The notes: generated from the letters alone by a model not told the origin. Shown: positions 31,701-41,322, numbered from the stretch's first letter. The stretch: 62,931 bases of DNA from Synechococcus sp. (GCA_051439425.1 JBFRWD010000064.1:1-62931), one strand, 5' to 3'. Translations and numbers: made by a program.

Positions 31701-32572
31701 GCTACGTTGGCACCGTCGCTGTTGAGTTTGGCCAGCGAGAAACTGGTGGTGTTAATGAGGACATCGATGGGAGAGCGATCGCGGAAGTGTTCTAGGAGTT
31801 GGGCGGGGAGTTCGGGGTCTTTGAGGGAGTAGGTGTAGAGGCAGGTGGTGGCGATGCCCTGTTGGGCCAGAGTGTGGCAGAGGGCGTCGATGGGGGCGGT
31901 GTTGGCGCTGATGACGTGGGCGCGATAGAGGAGGATGCCGATGTGGAGAGCGCTGGATTCTTTTGGCCCCCTAAATTCGCCACAAGTGGGGGACTTTCCG
32001 TTGGCTGGTCCTGTGAGCTTTTGGGGATGGTAAAGGCCGATGGTGGGGAGGGGCTGGACAGGGGTGAAGTCGTAGTGGGTGCCGCAGGCTTGGTTGGCGA
32101 TGGCTTGCAGGCCGGCGGCGATGTTGCGGACGCCTCCTTCTAAAAAGTATTTCCACAGGCGATCGACGTCGCTTAGGCCGAGGGTGGATTGGCTCATCAG
32201 ATCGAGATCCGGGCGATCGTCGCCGGGCAGAACGATCAGTGTGGCTCCCGTGTTTTGCACTAATTCTTTGACCACTTCTAGTCCGTAAGACCAGTAGGAT
32301 TGGCCTCCTAAGAGGCGAATGGCGATCGCTTTGGCCTTGCTCAGAACATCATCGGCGTAGGTGTCGATGGTGAGCTGTTGTTGCAGGTTGAGCAGGTTTG
32401 TTGCCCTGACGCTGGGGAAGTCGTCGGGGAGTGTGGGAAGGGCTGCCGCTAGCGTTTGGATATCGGTGTCGGCGGCAGTAAGGATAACAATATCGGCAGG
32501 GTCTTGCTCGATAAAGACGACACCCTCTTGTCCAGGTTGCCACCCACCGGGGGCTGCAGCAATTCGATGCAT
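28781..32572 (-). CDS. cobN: Cobaltochelatase subunit CobN
   Basis: MHRIAA.PGGW, AADTD, GKHGNLEWLPGK, LPTGRNFYS, QDNREHDLLDSDDYYQFQGG, HGYKGAFEM. Confidence 0.97.
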   Translation of the reverse strand: MHRIAAAPGGWQPGQEGVVFIEQDPADIVILTAADTDIQTLAAALPTLPDDFPSVRATNLLNLQQQLTIDTYADDVLSKAKAIAIRLLGGQSYWSYGLEVVKELVQNTGATLIVLPGDDRPDLDLMSQSTLGLSDVDRLWKYFLEGGVRNIAAGLQAIANQACGTHYDFTPVQPLPTIGLYHPQKLTGPANGKSPTCGEFRGPKESSALHIGILLYRAHVISANTAPIDALCHTLAQQGIATTCLYTYSLKDPELPAQLLEHFRDRSPIDVLINTTSFSLAKLNSDGANVAVWQALDVPVIQAIASGISEDQWRDSPQGLSPRDIAMNVALPEVDGRLIGRAISFKSVQQRDARLQTEVVRYEPVSDRVEFIAQLAVNWARLRKTEVSNRKVALVLANYPNRDGQLANGVGLDTPASCARILQAMQQAGYDCPDIPNSSAELMGLLTRTVTNDPEGLKLRPIEQTLPAASYRQWFQQLPVVARKAIAERWGEPPTEDIPIAGIQLATVFVGIQPSRGYDLDPSLNYHSPDLVPPHRYLAFYLWLRSSFGVQAIAHIGKHGNLEWLPGKGIALSNTCFPEIAFGPIPHLYPFIVNDPGEGAQAKRRAQAAIIDHLTPPLTRAELYGPLLDLERLIDEYYEAQSLDPNRLPLIQPQILKLLEQEQLLPDIEATAEENTVSTVLTQLDGYLCELKEAQIRDGLHILGQFPKGQQGIDLLASLARFPGAGQVGLTQAIAQDLALNCDPLTTDLAQPYSGLPSPLHQLLGRPCRVVGDAIEALELLSNQWLSQLISEHPYDPAPLPISKECLEWIETNLWPKLQQTPFEIQAILDGLDGRYIASGPSGAPTRGRSDVLPTGRNFYSVDIRAIPTETAWMVGQKAADAAVERYMQEEGNYPNTLGLSVWGTSTMRTGGDDWAQALSLIGVRPVWEGLSRRVVDFEILPVSVLGRPRVDVTLRISGFFRDAFPNLISLFDSAVQAVAKLEDESNLDNPIRARIKQDTAYWQEQGLAADQAQQRASYRIFGSKPGAYGAGLQGLIEAQNWSSDADLARAYLNWSGYAYTGAAKGHAAPEAFEQRLQQLQIVLHNQDNREHDLLDSDDYYQFQGGMTAAVRTLAEKAPKTYFGDNSRPTAPKVRSLDQEIRRVYRSRVINPKWIAGAMRHGYKGAFEMAATLDYLFAYDATTHCVADFMYEGVANRYVLDERVQEFVRSVNPWALRDMSERLLEAHQRGLWAEATPEILEAIELVMLEAEGDIEQTSALATV
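31965..31997. repeat. In-frame short palindromic dispersed repeat inside cobN
   Basis: GGCCCCCTAAATTCGCCACAAGTGGGGGACTTT, read as KSPTCGEFRGP in CobN. Confidence 0.6.
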
Positions 32573-32718
32573 GAATTCTGACCTTGATTAGCTGCGAGCC
32601 TTGACTGACAGCGATTTCTGTCTGGCTGCGTTCGCTCTGTTAGCGTAATGCATCTGCCCGGAATGGTTTGACAAAGTACTCAGAGGGCACGGGAGGTATT
32701 AGATCTCTTGCCAAATCT

Positions 32719-33393
32719 CTACCCACTCGGGAGGAACCGACCGATCCATTGATAAGCCCGTTGCCATTTCTGACGCCGTACCGGATTGGCGATCGCCTCC
32801 AACAGCAACAACAATCCATTGATTGCAAAGGCCAATCCCATCACCACAATCGCTCCTGCCCAAATCTTGTCGTAGCGCCCCGCTTGAGCAATCCCATCAA
32901 ACAGCAAGGTGCCCAAACCACCGGCCCCAAACTTGGCCCCAATCGTGGCGATCGCCACCGACACAATTGCCGCCAGACGGACTCCTGCCAAAAACACCGG
33001 CAGCACCAGCGGCCACTGAACCCGCCACCACAACTGCCAAGTATTCATCCCCATTCCCCGCGCTGCTTCAATCAAGAGCGGATCGATGCCCTCTAACCCC
33101 ACCGTCAAGTTGCGCACCAAGATGACTTGGGAATACAGCACCATGGCGGCGATCGCCGAATTGGCATTGAGGCCAAACAGCGGTACCAACAAAATAATCA
33201 AGGCCAGACTGGGAATGGTGTATACCGCAGCTAACAAACCCAATACCGGCTTCTTCAACCAGCGAATGTTGGTAACCAGCCAGCCGAGGGGAATCGAAAT
33301 GGAAACAGCGATCGCCAGAGTCAGCAGCGTCATCTGCACGTGCTGTTGCAGCAGGGTGGAGACTTCGTCGAGGTTTTCGAAAATGTAGTTCAT
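32719..33393 (-). CDS. Osmoprotectant (Opu/OsmW-type) ABC permease
   Basis: YTIPSLAL, EAARGMGM, GAGGLG. Confidence 0.92.
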   Translation of the reverse strand: MNYIFENLDEVSTLLQQHVQMTLLTLAIAVSISIPLGWLVTNIRWLKKPVLGLLAAVYTIPSLALIILLVPLFGLNANSAIAAMVLYSQVILVRNLTVGLEGIDPLLIEAARGMGMNTWQLWWRVQWPLVLPVFLAGVRLAAIVSVAIATIGAKFGAGGLGTLLFDGIAQAGRYDKIWAGAIVVMGLAFAINGLLLLLEAIANPVRRQKWQRAYQWIGRFLPSG

Positions 33394-34400
33394 GCGTCCC
33401 CCTTATTGTTGGCAGAGGATCGTAAGCGATCGAGGGTCAGCAGGCCAACGGGGCGATCGCCGTCTATAACGGTCAGTGCGTCGGCTCCGGTGCGTAGCAG
33501 TAACGACAGGGCCTCTCGCAAGCTACTGCGTCTGGGGATGGTGGGATGTCCATCTCCTTCTGCCGCGACTTCTGAATTGAGAGGCTCGACCATGACGGTC
33601 TCGACGCGCACTAAACCCAGCTGTCGCACCGTGTCATCGGTGCCCACCAGCTCCCGCACGAAATCGTTAGCCGGTCTGGAGAGAATATCCAGCGGGGTGT
33701 CGAACTGCACTACCTGACCGTGGTTAAGCAGCAGAATGCGATCCGCTAATCGCAACGCTTCTTCGACATCGTGGGAGACGAACACAATGGTCTTGTGCAA
33801 TTTCTGTTGCAGTAGCAGGATCTCGTCTTGCAAGCTGGCTCGCGTGATGGCATCTAGTGCACCGAATGGTTCGTCCATCAGCAATACGGCAGGGTCTCCA
33901 GCCAATGCTCGCGCTACGCCTACCCGCTGCTGTTGGCCTCCCGAAAGCTGAGCGGGAAAGCGATCGCCAAACTCTTCCGCATTCAGCTCGACTAGAGACA
34001 GCAGTTCAGCGACGCGGGTAGCAATCCGCGATCGCTGCCACCCCAACAGTCGCGGCACTACCGCTACATTTTGAGCCACAGTCATGTGAGGGAACAGGCC
34101 CGTTTGCTGGATGACGTACCCGATTTGCTGGCGCAGTTGGGTGGCGGGTAGAGAGCGGATATCGGTGCCGTTGAGACAAATTGTGCCGGAGGTGGGTTCG
34201 TACAGGCGGTTGACCATCTTCATGAGAGTGGTCTTGCCGCATCCCGATGGCCCCAGCACAACGATGAATTCTCCGGTGCGAATGCTGAGAGAACAGCGAT
34301 CGATAGCGGGGCGATCGGCTCCGGGGAAGCGTAGCGACACGTCTTCGAACCGGATGGCAACTCGATCGGAGTCCACCCCCTCAGCCATTACCTGTCTCAC
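33390..34400 (-). CDS. Osmoprotectant ABC ATPase with a CBS domain
   Basis: GPSGCGKTT, LSGGQQQRVGVARALA, MDEPFGALD, C-terminal CBS. Confidence 0.94.
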   Translation of the reverse strand: MRQVMAEGVDSDRVAIRFEDVSLRFPGADRPAIDRCSLSIRTGEFIVVLGPSGCGKTTLMKMVNRLYEPTSGTICLNGTDIRSLPATQLRQQIGYVIQQTGLFPHMTVAQNVAVVPRLLGWQRSRIATRVAELLSLVELNAEEFGDRFPAQLSGGQQQRVGVARALAGDPAVLLMDEPFGALDAITRASLQDEILLLQQKLHKTIVFVSHDVEEALRLADRILLLNHGQVVQFDTPLDILSRPANDFVRELVGTDDTVRQLGLVRVETVMVEPLNSEVAAEGDGHPTIPRRSSLREALSLLLRTGADALTVIDGDRPVGLLTLDRLRSSANNKGDA

Positions 34401-34440
34401 TAGCAGTCAGCATCCCCATCGGCGATCGCCCTTGCCTCCT

Positions 34441-35460
34441 CTACTCTTCACTCTCAGTACTCCCTTCACTCTCCTCGACCTCGACGGGGATCTCCTCCGG
34501 CATGTCGTGGTCTCCGCCGGTAGCCAGCAAGCCTTCTGCCATTAAGAATCGGCGCGCTACCACTTCCGGTTCTAGCTCTTTGCCGCTGACATCGCTGTTG
34601 AGGGTGCGCATAGTGCGATCGGTCAGCAAGGGAGCCAGTTCGTTGAGGGCATCCACTAGTTCGGGATAGTTATCCACGATTTCTTGGCGGACGACGGGAG
34701 CTACTTGGTAAGGAGGAAACAGATTGCGATCGTCTTCCAACACGACGAGATTGAAGGCACTAATTTCTCCATCGGTACCGAAGGCCACGGCTATATCCGC
34801 TTCGCCATTGCTGAGGGATATATAGCGCAGGCCCGGATCGACACCTTTGTAGCTCTCCAGCTCAAAGTCACCGTAGGCCGCTTGCAGGCCGGGTAAACCA
34901 TCTTCGCGCAGTTCAAATTCGGGTGGACCTACCATCACCAGTTGGTTGGCGATGGCAGCCATGTCCGAAATGGTTTCCAGCTCGTACTGTTTTGCTACTT
35001 CCTGGGTGACGGCTAGGGCTTGAGTGTTGTTCATGGGGGCGGGGTCGAGCCACACCAAATCAAACTGGGATAGATATTCTTCGGAGACGGTGCTGAAGAC
35101 GGCTTCGCGCTCCGAACTGCTAGGCAGTTCTAGGACGGTAAGTAAAGCAGTGCCGGTGTATTCGGGATAGAGATCGATTTCGTCGTTTTGCAGACCGGCG
35201 TGGGCGACCGGGGTGCCGCCAAGATTCAGCTTGCGCTCCACTTCAAATCCGTTTTCTTCCAGCACCAAGGCGTACATTTCGCCAATGATGAATTGTTCTG
35301 TGAAGTCTTTCGAGCCAACGCGAATCACGGCTGGTTCTTCGCCACCATCTGAGCTGGAAGTACTGCCCGAATCGGGACCTGTATTGGCACCGCCGCATCC
35401 AGTTAGCGCCAATCCGGCGAGTACTGCAATACCCAGTAACGAGCGTCGATTTAGGGACAT
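34441..35460 (-). CDS. Glycine betaine/osmoprotectant ABC substrate-binding lipoprotein
   Basis: Lipobox LTGC, VGSKDFTEQ, YPEYTGT, FPPY. Confidence 0.93.
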   Translation of the reverse strand: MSLNRRSLLGIAVLAGLALTGCGGANTGPDSGSTSSSDGGEEPAVIRVGSKDFTEQFIIGEMYALVLEENGFEVERKLNLGGTPVAHAGLQNDEIDLYPEYTGTALLTVLELPSSSEREAVFSTVSEEYLSQFDLVWLDPAPMNNTQALAVTQEVAKQYELETISDMAAIANQLVMVGPPEFELREDGLPGLQAAYGDFELESYKGVDPGLRYISLSNGEADIAVAFGTDGEISAFNLVVLEDDRNLFPPYQVAPVVRQEIVDNYPELVDALNELAPLLTDRTMRTLNSDVSGKELEPEVVARRFLMAEGLLATGGDHDMPEEIPVEVEESEGSTESEE

Positions 35461-35488
35461 GGAGCACACCTCACAACTGAGATCGACA

Positions 35489-36130
35489 TTAACTTAGTTG
35501 TGGCTGGACGGCTCGTTGCAACCAGCTCAAACCTAGTTCTGCCAACAGTGCCAGCAGCGCGACGGGGATGGCTCCGACTAATAAGATGGGGATGTCGTAG
35601 AGGGCGAAGCCGAGGGTGACAAAACTGCCCAGTCCTCCGGCTCCGATGAAGGCGGCGAGGGTGGCACTGGCGATCGCCTCCACGGTCGCGGTCTTAATGG
35701 CGGCCAGGATGAGGGGGAGTGCGAGGGGGATTTCGACGCGGCGCAACAGTTGAAATTGGGTCATACCCATGCCGCGTGCGGCTTCTTTGACGGCTGGACT
35801 GACGGAGCGGAAGGCGATGTCGGTGCCGATGAGTAAGGGGGGGACGACCAGGATGGTGAGGGCGAGGGCGGCGGCTTGGAAGGTGAGGCCGAGGTAGGGA
35901 ATGGCCAGGAAGAGAACAGCAAGGCTGGGGATGACGCGCAGTCCGTTGAAACCGTTAATCAGGAATGTGGCGGCTAGGGGCGATCGCGAACTGAGATATC
36001 CCAACGGCAGGGCGATCGCCAGCCCGATGGCCATGGGTACCGAGACCAGTAGCAGGTGTTGTTGCAGTGCGGTCCAGAGGCGATCGGGTTCGTTGGCGAC
36101 AAATTGGTATGCCTCCCAAAAGTTCTCCAT
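35489..36130 (-). CDS. Osmoprotectant ABC permease
   Basis: VIPSLAVL, EAARGMGM, ATLAAFIGAGGLG. Confidence 0.92.
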   Translation of the reverse strand: MENFWEAYQFVANEPDRLWTALQQHLLLVSVPMAIGLAIALPLGYLSSRSPLAATFLINGFNGLRVIPSLAVLFLAIPYLGLTFQAAALALTILVVPPLLIGTDIAFRSVSPAVKEAARGMGMTQFQLLRRVEIPLALPLILAAIKTATVEAIASATLAAFIGAGGLGSFVTLGFALYDIPILLVGAIPVALLALLAELGLSWLQRAVQPQLS

Positions 36131-36188
36131 ATCGACGTTGCCCTCGTAATTGAGATGCGGATAGTTCTTCGGTGCTCGTCAATGCTTC

Positions 36189-37704
36189 TGTTGAGTTTTC
36201 ATTAGTCATGCCGTATCTAACACAATAAAAGTATCAAGAACTAATCCCGTCATATCCAGCAGTGGAGGTCTGGCTGGGGAGAGAACTGGAATAGACAGGT
36301 AAGGTCTGTATCCAGGAGGTTTCATGGAAGCTAGAGGGCAACCCACTTCCTACTGCCTACTCACAGCGAGTGAAAATAAGCGAGTTATCCACAGAAGGTA
36401 AAACCGATCCTGAAATCGCTATTGAGTTGGATATTGGCTTTTGGGTGGTTCGTAAATGGCGGCGATGGTTCCAAAAACAAGGGAGGACCGGCTTAATCTC
36501 CAAGATGGGGCGTCCTAGCAAGGGAGCGTTGAGCACATTTTCCCCAGAATTACGGAAAGCGATTTGTCGGATTCGAAAGGCTCACCCAGGCTGGGGGGCA
36601 GACTCGATTTTAGTCAGCTTGCGTTTAGATGAGGGGTGGGATGCCTCTGAATTGCCCAGCCGTTCGAGGGTGGCCTTCCTACTTAAGCAAGAGGGGCTGA
36701 CGCGACCCTACAAGCACCAAAGCCCACTCCTCCAACCCAAGCCTCAACCAGTAGAGCATCCCCATCAAGAATGGCAACTGGATGCCAAAGGGAAGACAAC
36801 GGTGGCGGGAGTAGGCTCAATTTCCCTCATCAACATTACTGATGTCTTCAGTCGGCTGAAGGTGGAGAGTTACCCTAGCCAGAATCGGAGGAATCCATCG
36901 ACGGCAGATTATCAACTGACGTTGCGACGAGCTTTTCTAGAATTTGGTTTGCCAGGAAGGGTTACGTTCGACCATGGCACGGCGTTTTGCGACAATACCA
37001 GCCCTTCCCCCTGGCCAACGCGGCTTCACTTATGGTTACTGGCACTGGGAATTGAAGTCAGCTTTACCCGCAAGCGTTGCCCCACTGACCACGCCAAGAT
37101 CGAGCGGATGCACAGAACCACCAGCTTACAAGCTCTAGAGGGGCAGAAGTGGTCTGATTCAGAAGCCCTGTGGGATGGGCTGGACTATCGTCGAGAGATG
37201 CTCAACCATCACTTGCCTGTGCGCACTCTCAATGGCCAAGCTCCACTAATGGTTTATCCAGAAGCGGCCCATTCCCAACATCCTTACCGACCGGAATGGG
37301 AAGAGCAGATGCTTCAAATGGAGCGGGTCTATCAGTATTTAGATTCAGATCGGTGGTTTCGCCGCACCGCCGCAGGAGGATGGTTCCTGTTGGGTGGTTC
37401 TTCCTACCAGACAGACTGGAAATGGAGAGAAAGAACGCTTGAAATAGAGTTTGACGCCCAAACCTTGGAGTTGATTTGCCACTCAGAGAGGGAAACTAAT
37501 GACCCACTACACTTACCACTACAAGGATTGAACAAAGCCGATCTGATGGGCGAAATGTCGGAGTTTCAACGCATGCCAGACTTTCAACTTTCCATGCCAT
37601 GGTCGCGGAAGGAGTGGCGCGCGATTGCATATGCGGAATTACTCGCGGCGTGACTTTCTGGGACTTTCTAAATTTGCTGCGGCATGACTAATGAAGACTC
37701 AACA
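36189..37704 (+). mobile_element. IS481-family-like insertion sequence (1516 bp)
   Basis: 25-bp terminal inverted repeats TGTTGAGTTTTCATTAGTCATGCCG / CGGCATGACTAATGAAGACTCAACA (1 mismatch); TGT...ACA ends. Confidence 0.88.
36324..37653 (+). pseudogene. DDE (integrase-core) transposase with a frameshift near the 5' end
   Basis: AGGAGG-ATG 36324 (MEARGQPTSY) is out of frame with ORF 36370-37653; HTH, WQLD, TDVFSR, TFDHG, KIERMHRT. Confidence 0.75.
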
Positions 37705-37710
37705 GCTAGA

Positions 37711-38421
37711 CTATTCCCAACGTATCAACTCTCTGACATCCAACCAGTTGAATCGGTATAGCAGAGCGGGAATTCCCACAGCGGCGGTCGCAAAGAGTCC
37801 TGCCAGAGCAATTGCCGCTTGGCCGCCGAGATGAAAGCCATCTCCCATATAGGTTAGAAGTAGCGTAGAGGGCACCATGCCGAACAACGTCGCGCTGGCA
37901 TAGATCGGCAGCGACAATCCAGTCATACCCGCTCCGTAACTCATTAAGTCGAAGGAGAAGATCGGCAGGAGTCGAGTGGTAAAAATCATCCATCCTACAT
38001 AGGACTCTCCCCGCTCGGTTGAGAAGCTGAAGGTCTTACCTGTCAGTGCTCTGACAATCGATCGACCCATGTTTTTTCCCAAACTATAGGCAATCAGAGC
38101 ACCTCCAAATCCACCGATAACTGTGTAGATCCCTGCCAACAGTGGGTCCCAAACGGCACCAGCCGCGATCGCCAAGGGTGCTCCAGGAATTTGGCTCACG
38201 ACAACCGAAACAGCAATGGTGGCGATGTACAGCGCCGGCCCCCAGGGACCGATCCGATCGAGCGTGACAGCTAAGCGATGGGAGTTCAATGATTCCAGCG
38301 CATGGGGGTGGAGTACCGCGATCGCACCGAGTGGTAGGAGTACCAGCACAGGTAGGATGACGTTCAGCCAGCCCCCATCGTTGGTTGTATCTGCAACCGC
38401 GCTCGACTTGCCCCGAACCAT
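37711..38421 (-). CDS. TVP38/TMEM64 (DedA/SNARE-associated) membrane protein
   Basis: IPGAPLAIAAGAVW, RLLPIFSFDLMSYGAG, ATLFGMVP. Confidence 0.92.
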   Translation of the reverse strand: MVRGKSSAVADTTNDGGWLNVILPVLVLLPLGAIAVLHPHALESLNSHRLAVTLDRIGPWGPALYIATIAVSVVVSQIPGAPLAIAAGAVWDPLLAGIYTVIGGFGGALIAYSLGKNMGRSIVRALTGKTFSFSTERGESYVGWMIFTTRLLPIFSFDLMSYGAGMTGLSLPIYASATLFGMVPSTLLLTYMGDGFHLGGQAAIALAGLFATAAVGIPALLYRFNWLDVRELIRWE

Positions 38422-38788
38422 CTCGCATTACGAATGCTTTCGACTTATAGGGTGACAGCTGGGACTGAGCCTTCTCTAACAGCGGCCTGAGAGAAACATG
38501 AAAAAGCGATGGCAGTCGGGACACTGATTCTCAGGCTGAGTCTGCCACTCTCGCTTGGTGAATTCGCGGACTCCATTGGGGCAATCAGCGATGGAGAGTT
38601 CTCTACCTGTTTTTCCTGGATAACTAGGGCTTTGAGCTGTCCTCGTGCTTCAGACCTGACAGTGGATAGCCATGGTAATTCGCCACTCGTTACCGCTAGA
38701 GACAGCAGCAGTCTGCATCCGATTTTATAGTTTTGTAACTGCCAGTCCTCTATGCTTCTAAGGACTTGCACTTGTAGGATTAATCGCC

Positions 38789-39667
38789 ATGAACCGCTTG
38801 AACAGGTTGGAGAAAGGAGTATTTGCGGTTCATTTAGTGAGTTTGGTGTTCGGGTTGGCCGGACTGTTACTGGTGGTCCCCCATCCTGAATGGGTTATGC
38901 AGCTACCGACTATCGGACAACTGGCCTTTAGCTGGAGCATGTTGAACGGCAGTGTGGTGTACATGGTGTCGGGAGCGATCGCGGCTGTGTTGATGGGACA
39001 ACGTACGATTGGCTGGACGCGCACCCTCCTGTTCTTCATTGTGGCTATCGGTTTGTCCCTCAGTGCAGAATTGCTCGGAACCAGCACCGGATTCCCCTTT
39101 GGAGACTATGCCTACCTCAACGGTTTGGGTTATAAGATTGCTGGCCTAGTGCCATTCACCATTCCGCTCTCCTGGTTTTATGTCGGGTTTTCGTCGTATC
39201 TGCTGGCCCTGACCATGCTGCGTCAGAGTCGTCATTGGTTAATGCAGATGGAGGCGATCGCTTTGGGAAGCATGATGCTGACCGCCTGGGATTTCGTTCT
39301 CGATCCGGCCATGACTCAACTGTTGGTCCCCTTCTGGGAATGGCTGACTCCCGGCAACTTTTTCGGCGTTCCCTTGCAAAATTTCGGAGGATGGCTGCTC
39401 ACTGGCTGTCTCATCATGGCACTTTCCACTCTGCTGTGGACTCGATGGGGGACGACTCCCATACTCAATCGCGCTGAGCTGGCGATGCCACTCGCGCTCT
39501 ATACCGCCAACTTCGGATTTGCCGCATGCATGAGTGCCGGTAGTGGATACGTTGCACCTCTGCCACTGGGGCTGATGTTTGGCTTGGCTCCAGCGATGGG
39601 AATGTGGGTGTTGGCTGGATCTGAGCAATTGGACAATCTGCCAGCTGCAACCGGCTTACAGCTATAG
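38789..39667 (+). CDS. cruF: Carotenoid 1'-hydroxylase/hydratase CruF
   Basis: FGLAGLLLVVPHPE, ELLGTSTGFPFG.Y.YL.GLGYKIAGLVPFTIPLSWFY, TAWDFVLDPAM, P.QNF.GW. Confidence 0.9.
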   Translation: MNRLNRLEKGVFAVHLVSLVFGLAGLLLVVPHPEWVMQLPTIGQLAFSWSMLNGSVVYMVSGAIAAVLMGQRTIGWTRTLLFFIVAIGLSLSAELLGTSTGFPFGDYAYLNGLGYKIAGLVPFTIPLSWFYVGFSSYLLALTMLRQSRHWLMQMEAIALGSMMLTAWDFVLDPAMTQLLVPFWEWLTPGNFFGVPLQNFGGWLLTGCLIMALSTLLWTRWGTTPILNRAELAMPLALYTANFGFAACMSAGSGYVAPLPLGLMFGLAPAMGMWVLAGSEQLDNLPAATGLQL

Positions 39668-39941
39668 CTAAAGTTCGCGGGATTTATCCAGAAACGCATC
39701 TCCTGGCACTACGTTTACCGCAAACCCAAACCTCAGACATCGACGTTCGCCGACATGAATCGCTAGCCTGACTGGCTGGGCACTGTAAAAAAATTCAAAC
39801 CCTCGTGAAGACTACGATGCCAGTCAGGGCTGCGGAAGAATGGATGTGCTATCGTTCTTGCTCGTGTAGCTCTGTCTCACTCAGCTCAAAGTAGTCCTCG
39901 TTAACGAGTTATTTTGTCAGCCTCACCTAGAGGTCAGCCCA

Positions 39942-41021
39942 GTGGTCGCTCCTCCCCGACATTTGCTTGCCGATACCGAACGAGATATCCGTAAAACTGG
40001 AATTCATCCAGATTTTTGGTACCCAATTGCCCGTTCCTACCGGCTCAAGCCCGGCAAAACTCTCGCAGTCTCGTTTGCTGGCGAGCCTGTAGTTTTGGTG
40101 CGCACTCGCAACGGTGAGCTGTTCGCATTAGAAAATCGCTGTGCCCACCGCCAAGTTCCTCTCGATACGGGGGTGGTGGGGGATAACTGCTTGCAATGCG
40201 GCTATCACGGCTGGAAATACGATAATCAGGGCCGGTGTGTGACGGTACCCTATTTACCAAACCAGTGCGATCGCCCCAACGGAGTGAGGCACTATCCCTG
40301 CCGCGATGCCTACGGACTCATTTTCATCTTTCCAGGTGAAGTTTCTCAAGCAGAGACTGCATCCTTCCCCGACCTCAGCAACCATCACAGCCCTAATTAC
40401 AAAACTCGTTATCTAGATCGCCAAATCGATTGTCATTACTCCTTTTTGCACGAGAACTTGATGGATATGAACCATCAGTTTTTACACCGTCGTTTGATGG
40501 GGGGAATCAGGAGTATCTACTTGGGCCAGCGGCAGGGAGAGAGCTGGATCGAGGTGGACTACACTTTTGAGCGAGTCAAGGGTGGGCAAAACTGGGGGGA
40601 GAAATTTATCTTGCAGAAAACGTCCCACGAGCGGCAGCAGCAGTCTCAAGGGAAACGCGATCTCATGACTATCCGTACGGACTATCCCTACCAACGCCTC
40701 AAGTTTTGGACGGCGGGTAGCGAACAGCCAGCGATGGATTTATGGATTGTCTACGTCCCCCTCGATCGCCATCAACGCAGCAATCACACCTACGGTCTTA
40801 TGATGATTCGTCGGCCCAATCCCAAGTGGCTGATGGAACTGCTGTGGCCGTTTATTGTGAGATTCACCGAGGGAATTTTGGCGGAAGACCGAGAAATTGT
40901 GGAGCAGGAGCAACAAGCATTCGATCGCCAAGGTGCCGACTGGAACCAAGAAATTTTTCCTGTCATTCGTAACGTACGAGCCATTCTGGTTAGCCAAGGC
41001 ATACCGCTTGAAAACCCTTAG
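39942..41021 (+). CDS. Rieske non-heme iron oxygenase alpha subunit, substrate unknown
   Basis: Rieske ligands CAHR...CGYHGW; mononuclear Fe ligands ENLMDMNHQFLH and AED. Confidence 0.9.
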   Translation: MVAPPRHLLADTERDIRKTGIHPDFWYPIARSYRLKPGKTLAVSFAGEPVVLVRTRNGELFALENRCAHRQVPLDTGVVGDNCLQCGYHGWKYDNQGRCVTVPYLPNQCDRPNGVRHYPCRDAYGLIFIFPGEVSQAETASFPDLSNHHSPNYKTRYLDRQIDCHYSFLHENLMDMNHQFLHRRLMGGIRSIYLGQRQGESWIEVDYTFERVKGGQNWGEKFILQKTSHERQQQSQGKRDLMTIRTDYPYQRLKFWTAGSEQPAMDLWIVYVPLDRHQRSNHTYGLMMIRRPNPKWLMELLWPFIVRFTEGILAEDREIVEQEQQAFDRQGADWNQEIFPVIRNVRAILVSQGIPLENP

Positions 41022-41322
41022 CGATTGCCCAGTTAAGTCGATTGGGCCCAAGGCAGGCCAATCGGGGTCAGCCTAAGTTCGCTTCCAGTTTGCACAATAT
41101 TCGCTCCAGCTTGCACATAACCGAGACGGATGGCGGGCCGATCTTGTCGTACTCAATCCTGGCCTTAGAAGAAAGCATCCCACCTCTCCCCAGCCGTAAA
41201 TAGCACGCTATTCGCTAGTTCTCAGTAGCGTCTCGACGTATTGATGTAGCGCTAAGCGTGGTTGCGAGCTCTGGCTGCGTTAAAATGCATCTCATCATCT
41301 CGCTATAGTCACTACATCCCCG

